DNA from: Octopus vulgaris
Taxonomy: Eukaryota
Length of the DNA stretch: 64,000 nt
Reading direction: 5' to 3'
Assembly: GCA_951406725.2 (NCBI GenBank)
Contig: OX597822.1
Location: forward strand, 92,566,001 to 92,630,000
Made by a program: the position numbers and the translations under genes. Under the pieces are notes generated by a model that saw nothing but the letters and a program-made list of their open reading frames with translations, was not told the DNA's origin and searched no databases. The stretch's first letter is position 1. The number at the start of each line of letters is the position of its first letter. This document shows, one piece after another, positions 1-10,686 of the stretch.

Positions 1-186
1 ATTTAATTTGTCAAAATATTTTCATCGCTTTGAGACCGCGACCTGTTAGCACGATATTTTTGTCAGTGAACAGGTCGCGGTCTCAAAGCGACGAAAATAT
101 TTTGGCAAATTAAATTTAAATGTTGAAGTGAATGTAACGGTTTTTGTGTGTTTCTTAAATGGCTTACAAACACCTTCCACGCTGCA
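1..186. mobile_element. Family A inverted-repeat element, cut by the window edge
   Basis: Palindromic around ~48-68; near-identical to 10491-10763; ends at the same nucleotide (gctgcaa), followed by (TA)n. Confidence 0.8.
59..109 (+). ncRNA. Type I hammerhead-like motif, G3-C8 core variant (family A)
   Basis: Stem I tttgtca/tggcaaa; core GTGAACA; extra G; stem II gtcgc/gcgac; GAA; palindromic stem III AATATT; H17=U. Confidence 0.65.
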
Positions 187-551
187 ATATATATATACAC
201 ACATATATATATATGTATGTATGTATGTATGTGTGTGTATGTGTATGCATGTATGTGTGTGTGTGTGCGTGTCTGTGCTTGTGATTGTTCTCCACCACTG
301 CTTGACAACGAATGTTGGTTTGTTTACATCCCTGTCACCTAGTGGTTTGACAAAGGAAACAGATAGAATAAGTACAATGCTTACAAAAATAAAACGAGTT
401 GATTCATTAAACTACAATTCTTCAAGGCATTGCCCCAGCATGGCCACAGACCAATGGCTGGAAAAAAGCAGAAGAATAAAAGAATACATTCTCTGCTTTG
501 GTCTTATGTTCAAGGCATGAGAAAGCTTGAGTTTACATGAGAAGGCCTAAC

Positions 552-925
552 AGACCTGGTAGAAACAGCAGCCAAATCTCCCTCAAATCACACCTTACTG
601 TCTTATGTATGTATATATATATGAGCCAATGAGGGGGACCTCTACATGGTAGCTAGACCTGGTAGAAATAGCAGCCAAATTTCCCCCAAATCACACCTTA
701 CTGTCTTATCTATGTATATATGTATGTATGAGCCTATGAGGGAGACCCCTACATGGCAGCTAGACCTGGTAGAAATAGCAGCCAAATTTCCCCCAAATCA
801 CACCTTACTGTCTTATCTATGTATATATGTATGTATGAGCCTATGAGGGAGACCCCTACATGGCAGCTAGACATGGTAGAAATAGCAGCCAAATCTCCCT
901 CAAATCACACCTTACTGTCTTATCT
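552..925 (+). repeat. 107-bp tandem repeat (~3.5 units)
   Basis: Unit starts recur at 646, 753 and 860 (atgg.agctagac.tggtagaaatagcagccaaat...cacaccttactgtcttat). Confidence 0.9.
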
Positions 926-1158
926 TTCTGCTACTTGGATATAGGTGTTATATTCGTCGTAAAAAAACTTTCCTGTCACACACTCACGCACACACACACA
1001 CACACGCACCCTCACACACACACACACGCGCACACCCACACCCACCCACTCACACACACGCACGTTAGCTTACAATTTTATTTATATATTTGCGTGTGTA
1101 TATGTGGAAAGAGGAAGTGGGAGGCAGAGTGAAAGAATCACTCACTACAGTAAGTCAA

Positions 1159-1427
1159 TTACTTTCATTTTATTCGTTGCCCACTGTGTGTGTGCGTTTG
1201 CGTGTGCTGTAAACCAGACTAAGAAAAGCATTTGACACACACACCAGAATGTGAGTTTTCTGTAAATTTTGCTTAATTGGAGTTTAAATTTTAAAAACTG
1301 GACCTGGCATGACGCGATGCATTGTACTCTCAAAAATGCCAAGTAAATTGTAATTGAAGAAATCCTATATTGTAGATTTGTATAACTCCCAAAGGGAGGC
1401 AGATAAAATCTGCCTTTTATAATAAGA
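1159..1427 (-). repeat. ~270-bp repeat, copy 1 (Helitron-like 5' end)
   Basis: Near-identical to 2851-3121; begins TCTTATTATAAAAGG on the minus strand; no CTRR 3' end seen. Confidence 0.6.
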
Positions 1428-1959
1428 CTAGCAGTATCGCCCGGCGTTGCTCGGGTTTGTAAGGGAAATAACTATATAAGCATTTTTAGAGAGTTATAGC
1501 CAAAAAATAGCAAAAAATGCATTAAAAATGGAAAAAATATGATGGTAATTTTTTTAAAAATCGTTGACTCATCGTAGACATTTTTAGAGAGTTACTTCCC
1601 TTATATAATAGCGAAAAAATGCATTAAAATGGAAAAAAAACGATGGTAAATTTTTTTTTAAATCGTAGACTCATGTAGACGCTTTCTTAGCCATTTCTGT
1701 TTTGGTGTCTTCAAGCCATGAAGTCGTTGTTCTAAAAGAACACTGGTCTCCTTGACAACGCATTACGACGTTGATTTCCTTACACTCCCTTCCCCACAGG
1801 TGCAGGTGTGAGCGTGGACGCCAACTCCGCCGCCATCGACACACGAAAAATTATGCATTAAAATGGAATAAAAAATGATGTTAAATTATTTTTAAAATCG
1901 TAAGGAATCTAAATCGAAGGGGACAGACACTCACACAACTACAGTTTTATATATATAGA
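1428..1959 (-). mobile_element. Non-autonomous Helitron
   Basis: Minus strand reads A|TCTATATATATAAAA...CCCGAGCAACGCCGGG (hairpin)...CTAG|T: 5' TC, 3' CTAG, subterminal hairpin, AT target, no target-site duplication (TSD). Confidence 0.85.
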
Positions 1960-1984
1960 TATACATAGCGCAGTAGTGGTGAGA

Positions 1985-2350
1985 TATGACAGCAAAGAAA
2001 AGCATACATTCACTCTCTGCATGCAATTAGACTCGGAAAGTTCGTGAGGAACCCATTGACCCAATTTGCTGACTTTTCCGATAGCACACAGGTGTCAATG
2101 AATGGTTGAATGACCAAATCCAAGCTTCTCTGCTAGTTCCTCAACAGTTACGATGATATTTTGTTCCACCAGGGTTTTCAGGATGTCCTTGTCGAGTTCT
2201 ACAGATCTTTCAGGATGAGGCTCGTCTTCTAGGCTGTAGTTTATGGCTCGGGATTTCTGGAACCACCATTGACACTGCCTTACGCTTATTGTCCAATCCC
2301 CATATACTGCATTAATATTTCTTGTACTTTGCACACATTTATATTCTGTT
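1985..2350 (-). mobile_element. Mariner transposase fragment
   Basis: HTH region (RNINAVYG...RQCQWWFQK...LEDEPHPER...TVEELAEKLG), then a stop, then the mariner WVPHEL motif near 2040-2056. Confidence 0.9.
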
Positions 2351-2394
2351 ATTCTTTTATATGTTTCAGCCTTGAGGTTGTGGCCATGCTGGAT

Positions 2395-2396
<2 letters not shown>

Positions 2397-2430
<34 letters not shown>

Positions 2431-2651
2431 TATCTGTCTGTCTGTATGTATGTATATATGTATATGTATGTGTGTGAACAATAATATTTTCAACAGATGT
2501 GTTGCAAATGTATCTGATTGTTCTCAAGCTTCAATACTGTGTGTGTGTGTATGTGTGTGTGTGTGTATGTATGTATGTATATGTATGTATGTATGTATAT
2601 GTATGTATGTGTGTATGTATGTATGTGTGTGTGTATGTATGTGTGTGTGTA

Positions 2652-2682
<31 letters not shown>

Positions 2683-2700
2683 ATGTATGTATGTATGAGT
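2397..2700. repeat. Compound (TG)n/(TATG)n microsatellite
   Basis: Read directly. Confidence 0.95.
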
Positions 2701-2850
2701 GTATGTTTACTTTATTACTAATTACTCTCTTCCAAGAACATTTTCACTCACTCTTAGCTCTTAGCTTCCCATACATTTTACTCATGTATCTATCAGCGTC
2801 ATAGACAGAATACTTTCACTTTAGTCTTCCTCAAATCACTCTGTCGCTAT

Positions 2851-3121
2851 TTACTTTCATTTTATTCGTTGCCCACTGTGTGTGTGTGCGTTTGCGTGTG
2901 GTGTAAACCAGACTAAGAAAAGCATTAGACACACACACCAGAATGTGAGTTTTCTGTAAATTTTGCTTAATTGGAGTTTAAATTTTAAAAACTGGACCTG
3001 GCATGACGCAATGCATTGTACTCTCAAAAATGCTAGGTAAATTGTAATTGAAGAAATCCTATATTGTAGATTTGTATAACTCCCAAAGGGAGGCAGATAA
3101 AATCTGCCTTTTATAATAAGA
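2851..3121 (-). repeat. ~270-bp repeat, copy 2
   Basis: Direct copy of 1159-1427, abutting (TA)n at 3123. Confidence 0.7.
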
Positions 3122-3490
3122 GATATATATATATATATAAATCACCGTTCTAAAAGACCTGTGGCGAGAATATTTAAAGAGTGACAGAGAGACGGCGAAG
3201 GCGGAGAGGGAATGAGAGTAGAAGGTGTCAAACGTCGTTATAGAGAGAAAGTGCAGGAAAGGAAGGAAAGAGAGAGATCGAGGAAGACAGGGTGATATCC
3301 AAAAGAGGGAAACTACACACACTTGTCAAAGTCTGGGTTTTGTTGCCCTAGTAACCACAGCTTTTGAGATAGGGGTTTCTAAACTAGTCCAGTCGATTCC
3401 TCGCCTCTTTTTACATGTCCCTGTAAATTTTGGAGACAATCAACCGTTCACATCCCAAAATGGGACAATCAAATTTTTCGCATTTCAGCT

Positions 3491-3494
3491 TTAT

Positions 3495-3557
<63 letters not shown>

Positions 3558-4574
3558 TACATACACACACACACACATTAATAATAGGCAGAAGTTACAG
3601 AGTGACAATGACCAAATTCGTGTTTGATAAGTGCCAATGATATATATATATGTGTGTGTAAAAAAATCTCATCACGAAATCGAACCAATGAAAGAGCTTC
3701 TACATGGTCGCTCGACACGCTAAAAATAACAGCCAAAGTATTCCCCTACCTAAATCACACGCCCATTGCACTTAATGTCCTAGATTATCCCCCAAAAGAC
3801 GGTTTGCTGAAGGCTGGAATGTCTTTGAATATAGGTTTGCAGTATCAGGGTTGATTTGAGGCTAAATAACAACATTATGGTAAATTTCTATATTAACACC
3901 CGCACGATTTTCACAAAGAAAAAAAAAAAAAAAACTTGCATTTTTTTGCATGGAATCAAGTACCTTGAACTCCTAATATGCTGCAAATCCCTTATTTTGG
4001 TTCGGAAAAAAGGTGGGGACTGCCCCACTCCATCACATTTATTTTTTTTCGTTGAATGAATTGGAATTTTTTTTTTTTTTCGCTGAATGAATTCCTGTGA
4101 CCTCCTAATATGTTACAAAATCCTTTTCGGGGTCCGAAAAACGGAGTGGGGTGAGGTAGAAGCCTTGGAAATTTCGCCCCACCCCCATTGATCTTTTCAC
4201 CTGCACGATTTTCACTAAGGACCATAATTTTGTTGTTATTTAGCCTCAAATCAATCCTGATATAGCAAACCTATCATTAAAGACATTCCAGCTTTCAGGA
4301 AACCGTCTTTCTAGAGATAATCTAAGACATTACGTATAATGGGCGTGTGATTTAGGTAGGAGGATACTTTGGCTGCTCTTTTTAATGTGTTGAGGGACCA
4401 GGTAGAGATTCTTTCATTGGTTCTTTTTACACATATATGTATGTATATATTATCGGCATATATGTATATATATCATTGGCACTTATCAAACATGAATTTG
4501 GCCATTGTCACTCTAACTTCTGCCTATCATTAATGTGTGTGAATTTGTGTGTGTGTGTGTATGTGTATGTATAA
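3491..4574. repeat. Diverged long inverted duplication (arms ~3491-3881 and ~4221-4574)
   Basis: For example agagtgacaatgaccaaattc vs gaatttggccattgtcactct, and gatttgaggctaaataacaac vs gttgttatttagcctcaaatc. Confidence 0.85.
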
Positions 4575-5026
4575 ATAATGGACCCGGATGTTGTTCGCAA
4601 ACAGCAGCAGTAATTTTCTTCAGCTGAATACACGTCATTGATTGGTTAAAATTACCCAAATACGACAGCTTTAACACGAAATAACTTCTAAAATACAAAA
4701 TGTTGTCAAAAACCTTGTTCTGTGTGACGCATTCTACCAGTATCCGAAGTTTCAAAGTGTTTAGTTAAAAAAAATTTTTTTTTTAAATCTGGCCGTCAAA
4801 TTGAAATTGAATAGATCCAAAGAGGATCAAACCGATGAGAAATGAAGCGATAAAGAGAGGGCGAGAGGAAGTAAGCGAAGCAATGAGAGAGTGAGAAAAA
4901 CAAAGAGCGAAATGAAAATACGAAGATATTATATTTCGGGACGGTCATTTTTTTCTCTAAATAAACACACGCTGTATATTCGTTCGTCATTCGTTTATTA
5001 CTATTCTTATTTTAACTCTTGTCCAT

Positions 5027-5071
5027 TGTCCGGAAATCATTCGTCACACATCTGTGACCTCTTCAGCGACA
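5027..5071 (-). ncRNA. Degenerate type I hammerhead motif
   Basis: tgtcg CTGAAGA g gtcaca-gatg-tgtgac GAA tgatttc cggaca; perfect 6-bp stem II, but A15.1 is lost. Confidence 0.4.
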
Positions 5072-5395
5072 CTTTCTGCCCTCGTGTGTTTATTTGGAAA
5101 ACCATCCCGAAATACAATGTTTCAACACACGGTTTCACATCAGGAATCTTGCAACACAAATTCATAAACAAAACAAAGAGTGTGCTAGATAAATAGATGT
5201 AGAAAGAAAAAAGACGTATTCATATATATTATACACACACACATACACGCAAAGAAGAGAGAACAGAAAGAGAATCGACCACAGGAGTAGCTGTCATGAG
5301 AAACTGATAATAAAGAAAAAAAAGATACAAACAATTTTATTCTGAAAATTCATGATTTTCTTGGGTTGATGCAGTCGTTTTTTTCTCTACTCCAT

Positions 5396-5447
<52 letters not shown>

Positions 5448-5479
5448 TTTATTTAAAGCAGCAGAAAATTCAACAAAAT

Positions 5480-5516
5480 CTGTTACTCTGAGTTTCTCGT
5501 TGCCGTTCATCAGACA
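5480..5516 (-). ncRNA. Minimal type I hammerhead ribozyme (family B, inverted copy)
   Basis: Reverse complement of 5535-5571 with an intact core. Confidence 0.75.
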
Positions 5517-5533
5517 TTTTTTTCTAGCAAAAA

Positions 5534-5571
5534 CTGTCTGATGAACGGCAACGAGAAACTCAGAGTAACAG
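5534..5571 (+). ncRNA. Minimal type I hammerhead ribozyme (family B)
   Basis: ctgt CTGATGA acg-gcaa-cga GAA ACTC-A-GAGT A acag; canonical core; predicted cleavage after GUA at 5567. Confidence 0.8.
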
Positions 5572-5782
5572 ATTTTGTTGAATTTTCTGCTGCTTTAAAT
5601 AAAGCATATTACTCTACCCCTGGTATTTGAGTACTCTTTTTCCACCTTGTTTCACATTTATGCGTTTACTCTGGTATATATATATATATATATACCTAGC
5701 AAGTCAAGCAACCCTATAGAGGTGGTAAATACTAGAAAATACAATGTTTGGTTAACGAAATCGGAAAAAAAAGAAGAAAATC

Positions 5783-6171
5783 AGTGCAATGGGTATAAAA
5801 AAAAAAGGTGTAGGAAACGAATATGAAAACAAAAATGCCCGGAAAGCAACGCGGGGTGGGGGGAGGCCTTCAGAAAATTCACAACATCCCATGTTTTTCC
5901 CTCATAACTTGAAAATGTCTTTTTTAAATGAAATTTTATATAAATTTGAAAGGTTTCAAACGGTATAGATTACGATTGTAAAGAAATTTGTGGGGAAAAT
6001 ATTTTCTGATGGGGTGGACAGAGGACTTCGGAAAATTAAGAAGATCCGAGTTTTTCCCTCGTTACTTTGAGGAAAATATAACCCTTTTGAAATCACAAAT
6101 TAGGCTTTTACTCAGGAACTTAGATGTTATCTCTTTGAAGGGTTCGGGTCCTTACTTCTACTATATGTATG

Positions 6172-6207
<36 letters not shown>

Positions 6208-6644
6208 CTAATACATCTGTTTGTTTTGTACACCACCTGTCTTCGTCTTTTGTTTTTTTTGTAAACTCTCCATATATATATATATAGAAGTAAAGACCCG
6301 AACCCTTCAAAGGGATGTTTAGCATCCAAGTTCCTGAAGAAAAGCCTAATTTGTAATTTCAAAAGGATTATATTTTCCTCAAAGTAACGAGGGAAAAACT
6401 CGGATCTTCTGAATTTTCCGAAGTCCTCTCCCCACAATTTTTTTTACAATCGTAATCTATACCGCTTGAAAGGTATTTATATAAAATTTCAGTAAAAAAA
6501 AACAAACCATTTTCCCAAAAGTTATGAGAGAAAAACATGGGATGTTGTGAATTTTCCGAAGACCTCCCCTTCCCTGTTGCTTTCCGGGCATTTTTGTTTT
6601 CATATTCGTTTCCTACACCTTTTTTTTTTTATACCCGTTGCACT
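5783..6644. repeat. Long inverted repeat (arms 5783-6160 / 6285-6644) around a microsatellite spacer
   Basis: For example gaagggttcgggtccttacttcta vs tagaagtaaagacccgaacccttc; arms ~360-380 bp. Confidence 0.9.
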
Positions 6645-8899
6645 ATTTTTTAAAATTATATTTCCGGGTAATACTGTCAACATTAACCCAATTTTTTTTT
6701 TCCCAATTATTATAAAACATAATCCAAACAGTTTTTAATAATTGAAAAAATATAAATTTTAGAAATTACTTTTAAGTATTTAAATAATTAAGCCATATTT
6801 AAAAATAACTAATATGTTTTAAAATTATATTCATGTTTATATTTCTACCCTCATTAAATAATCAAAATTGATAAAACATAAAACGTAATAAATATTAACC
6901 AGCAACCTACAACCGTGATTATCCCATCTATTTTTATTCAGATATAGTGTATCTAGACCACTATCTAATGTCTTTTTTTTAAGATGGTAAGGTGAATTGG
7001 AGGGGGTATTCGACGGTTATTTCTAGCAACCACTTAGAGGCACAATCAGACAAAATTAGCTTTGATTCAGTAGAAATGTGGTTAAAAGCAATCCAGCTAT
7101 GAGAATCTTATAATTTCCCACCCAAAGCATAATGTATATAGAATATTATTAGCATTAAAAAAAAAAAATAATTGTAGAGTGTGAAGTTGAGGGGAAATTG
7201 TAGCTATTTCTTCGACGTCAAACGACCTCAGAGGGGCTCCTGTGTTGGCACGTAATATCATTTATGTGAAAGAAACAACTGACTCAAAATCATTTTAAAA
7301 AATTGATTGTATTTGCCAGAAATATTTAAAAATTGTTTTTTTTTAAAAACCTTTTATTTCTATAATTCTCAAATAGTTGTAACTAAATATTTTTCTCAAG
7401 ACGCACATATATCTACACACACGCACACATATATGGAAGAAGCTTTTGTGATCTCTTTGAAATTAAGCCTTTTCTAACGCAATAAGCAACTGATATAAGC
7501 TTAAGCAAATAAAAGAGTTTCGTAGCCACTAATATTATTTGTGATTTTAAGTGGCTTCCTATAAATATAAAGATTACATTTATTGCTGGACGACCATGTT
7601 TTATGTGCAGCTTGTACGAATAACACCTAATATAAATAACACACAAATACAAACACATAAACATGGTGTTTGGGACTCGCTGTAGATTGTAGTGGAAGAA
7701 TCTTCAAAAGAAATCTTTATTATCTGTAACTTAAATGAAAAGTCGAGCTGCTGTTTTGTAAAGCTAGTGAATAGACGACAAGATGGCGGTAGAAAGAAAA
7801 AAGAAATAAACATGGAGGAAGATCGAAGAATTAAGCCACAGCAAACAGAAAATAGTTGCACAGTTTAAGGGGAAGAGAAGGCCTCGCTTGTTCGGTAACA
7901 CTAAAACAAACCACTTGTAAGAAATTATGTAGGCTCATACCAATTATATAATTAGATGATGTAGAAAAAAAAAAAGTTCTTCGAATCACAATTTTTCATT
8001 TTACAGTTGTTACAGCTTACTACTGTAATAACAAATATTTTTTCACATTAAAATACAAATCTAAAACCGAAGAAAACACAATCATGAGCCAAAAAAAAAA
8101 AAAAAAAGGACATTCAACACGAATCGGTTACACATCACAAGGTGCAACGGAACCAACACACTCGTGGAATTCGCACGGGCGACAGCCAGGTTGAGGTGTT
8201 GGACAGACAAAGCAGAGTGACGGCGGGCATGATGACATGGCAGCACGGTGAAAGCAAAACTGCTGAACAATAACAACTTCGTTGTCAGCAACCCAAATTT
8301 ATTTATAGCTACCATTTCTCGTTTTTCAAGTTCGAGCGGATAACAAGTTAATTTCATAATTTTCTTTCCCGATCAATCCGTCTGAGATCAGTTCTTTTCT
8401 ACGATAGAAAACAATCAATCCAAATTAAATCCATCATAATTTTAAAGAGAAAAAATTAGTTATGTCCCAGATTCTTGATAATGGAAGTTGTTTTTGCTAA
8501 ATCCATTGTAAATACTTTATTTTTTTAATATTCATTATGCCGTAGGCATAATGAGGCACATATATCTGTGACGAGTTTACTCGTAAAATTTGCTCAATTC
8601 TCAAATATAAGAAGAAAAAAAAGTATTTATGTAAAATGTGTCACATCGAAGTTTTAGTCACAAATGGATTTCAGCCGAATAGAATTTATGCAGAAGCAAT
8701 CACTTCCAAGTCAAATGGCAAAATCTACAGTTTTTGACGACGGAAAATGTCACATTTCATTTAAATACCATAAATATTATTTACAGCATTTAAATGCAAT
8801 ATAATTAAAGTAATTAAAAGAAAATTCACGTAGTTAATCAACTGGCAATTCATCTACATGGCAACACAATTTACATAATGGTATTTACATTTTTGTGAA

Positions 8900-9545
8900 A
8901 AAAACAAAAACACGTATTTAATGTCTTGAAACCTTGAAATAAAGCAAACCATTCTACTAAACCAGTCGTTTATTGAATAAATGGTACGCGTTGAAAACCA
9001 CTTACATGATATTATCATGGCATTAAATATATATCTAGTGATTTTTGAGTGGATGGTGATCGTATCAAACTGCAGGAAGTCTGTGACAGGCTTGTGATCT
9101 TCCTCCAAAACAAATAGAAAGCGAAAGCAGCTTATAGCATACTCCTGGTGACACGCGATTTGTTAGGAAGTTGTTTATATATATTTGGGGGTTGTGGCGA
9201 AGTTCCCGTCCATATACAAAGTATGAGCACCAACAGGGCGCTTGTTACCATTACTAGTACCAAACATGAGAATGCAGTTGTCTGTTGGTTGCAGAGTGAA
9301 TCCGCGTGAGTGCATCATCATCATCACACTGGCTCGTTCCACACCTTGGTTATAGATATGTGAGAAGGTTTGACTCAGGTGTTGGCAGCTTGGTCTTTCA
9401 TCTCGTTGCGAATTTTAGCAAGACGGATTTGGTTTCGCCTGAGGCATGGTTGTGAGGTTGGTCTATTTGTGGGGTTTCTTTCCAATAGGCTTGTTGTCAC
9501 TGGGTTTTTTTCACACATTTCCACCACAATTTCGTTTTAAGAGTG
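8900..9545 (-). mobile_element. Degenerate MULE/Mutator-like transposase
   Basis: ILMFGT...HTLYMDGNFATTPK resembles the MULE first catalytic D motif (xMDGTFxxxP); IFNAMIISCKWF resembles the FPxAxxxxCxFH region; stops and frameshifts present. Confidence 0.65.
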
Positions 9546-9834
9546 GCATGCTTGATATACATTAATCCATTGTAGCAGATTTTTTAACCCCATGATAATT
9601 TCCATGGGAGCTGGAATTAAAATTTATTTTCCACCAAAATATTGTTGATCTACAACGGTATCAAGCACCAACTGTTCCACTATTCCCGCAATCGATACTG
9701 ACATACTCTGTAGAGGAACAAGAAAAAAAGTCATAGGCAAACCTTAATAAATGAATGGCAGATTTAAAGTAAAGATTATTTGCCAGCATAATGTGGCAGT
9801 CCCAGTTGGGATGAATGTTACTGTGTAAGAGAAC

Positions 9835-10125
9835 CATCCGAACGTGGCCGTTGCCAGTGCTGCCCCGACTGGCCTCCGTGCTGGTGGCACGTAAAAAGCA
9901 CCATCTGATCGTGGCCATTGCCAGCCTCGCCTGGCCTCCATGCCGGTGGCACGTAAAAAGCACCCACTACACTCACAGAGTGGTTGGCGTTAAGAAGGGC
10001 ATCCAGCTGTAGAAACACTGCCAGATCAGACTGGGCCTGGTGCAGCCTTCTGTCTTCCCAGACCCCAGTTAAACCGTCCAACCCATGCTAGCATGGAAAG
10101 CAGACGTTAAACGATGATGATGATG
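9835..10125 (+). mobile_element. SINE 3' part with internal ~50-bp repeats and (GAT)n tail
   Basis: Same family in reverse at 17182-17447; degenerate copies at 34270-34462, 43405-43600, 25030-25210 and 47068-47240. Confidence 0.8.
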
Positions 10126-10567
10126 TGTCTCCCATTGAGAGAATTAGAAATAATAAAGTTTCTGTTTAGATTTAATGTCTTTTCCTTATTTTATTGAATA
10201 TACTGAGTAAAACCTGAAAATTTTGTTTACCACATACTTATGCTATAATTGTGTACAAGACATGTAATAATGACTTGAGATATTCATTTCTTTAACTATT
10301 ATAATATATTTAATTGAAATAGGACATTTTTTCCTACTCAATAATTGTAACTTTGTTTTTCTGTGATATTTTCCGTTCACCAATCACACACACCCACATA
10401 GGTTAGCCAGTAAACAAAATAAATATATTACGGAGATGTACTTGCATAGCAAGTGACCTGATCTGAGATTGTGTGCTGGAACAAAAACAATTGCAGCGTG
10501 GAAGGTGTTTATAAGCCATTTAAGAAACACGCAAAACCGTTAGATTCACTTCAACATTTAAATTTAA

Positions 10568-10618
10568 TTTGTCAAAATATTTTCGTCACTTTGAGACCGC
10601 GACCTGTTCACTGACAAA
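10568..10618 (-). ncRNA. Type I hammerhead-like motif, G3-C8 variant (family A)
   Basis: tttgtca GTGAACA g gtcgc-ggtctcaaa-gtgac GAA AATATT T tgacaaa. Confidence 0.65.
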
Positions 10619-10635
10619 ACAGAGCAGCATGGAGT

Positions 10636-10686
10636 TTTGTCAGTGAACAGGTCGCGGTCTCAAAGTGACGAAAATATTTTGACAAA
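10636..10686 (+). ncRNA. Type I hammerhead-like motif, G3-C8 variant (family A)
   Basis: Same sequence on the plus strand; predicted cut between 10679 and 10680. Confidence 0.65.

Larger units (their letters stand above)
5447..5674 (+). mobile_element. Family B Penelope-like pLTR-type element (inverted arms 5447-5516 / 5535-5604 plus 3' tail) in (TA)n
   Basis: Perfect 70-bp inverted arms; the right arm extends 70 nt further; (TA)n on both sides; each arm carries a hammerhead. Confidence 0.8.

Noticed and set aside
552-925. CRISPR-like array
   Set aside because: Whole units repeat with no unique spacers; eukaryotic context with no cas genes.
4580-4626. Hammerhead at the minus-strand CTGAAGA (likewise 12298, 20325, 36797, 46759, 63489)
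   Set aside because: No stem II, GAAA, stem III and UH in the required arrangement.
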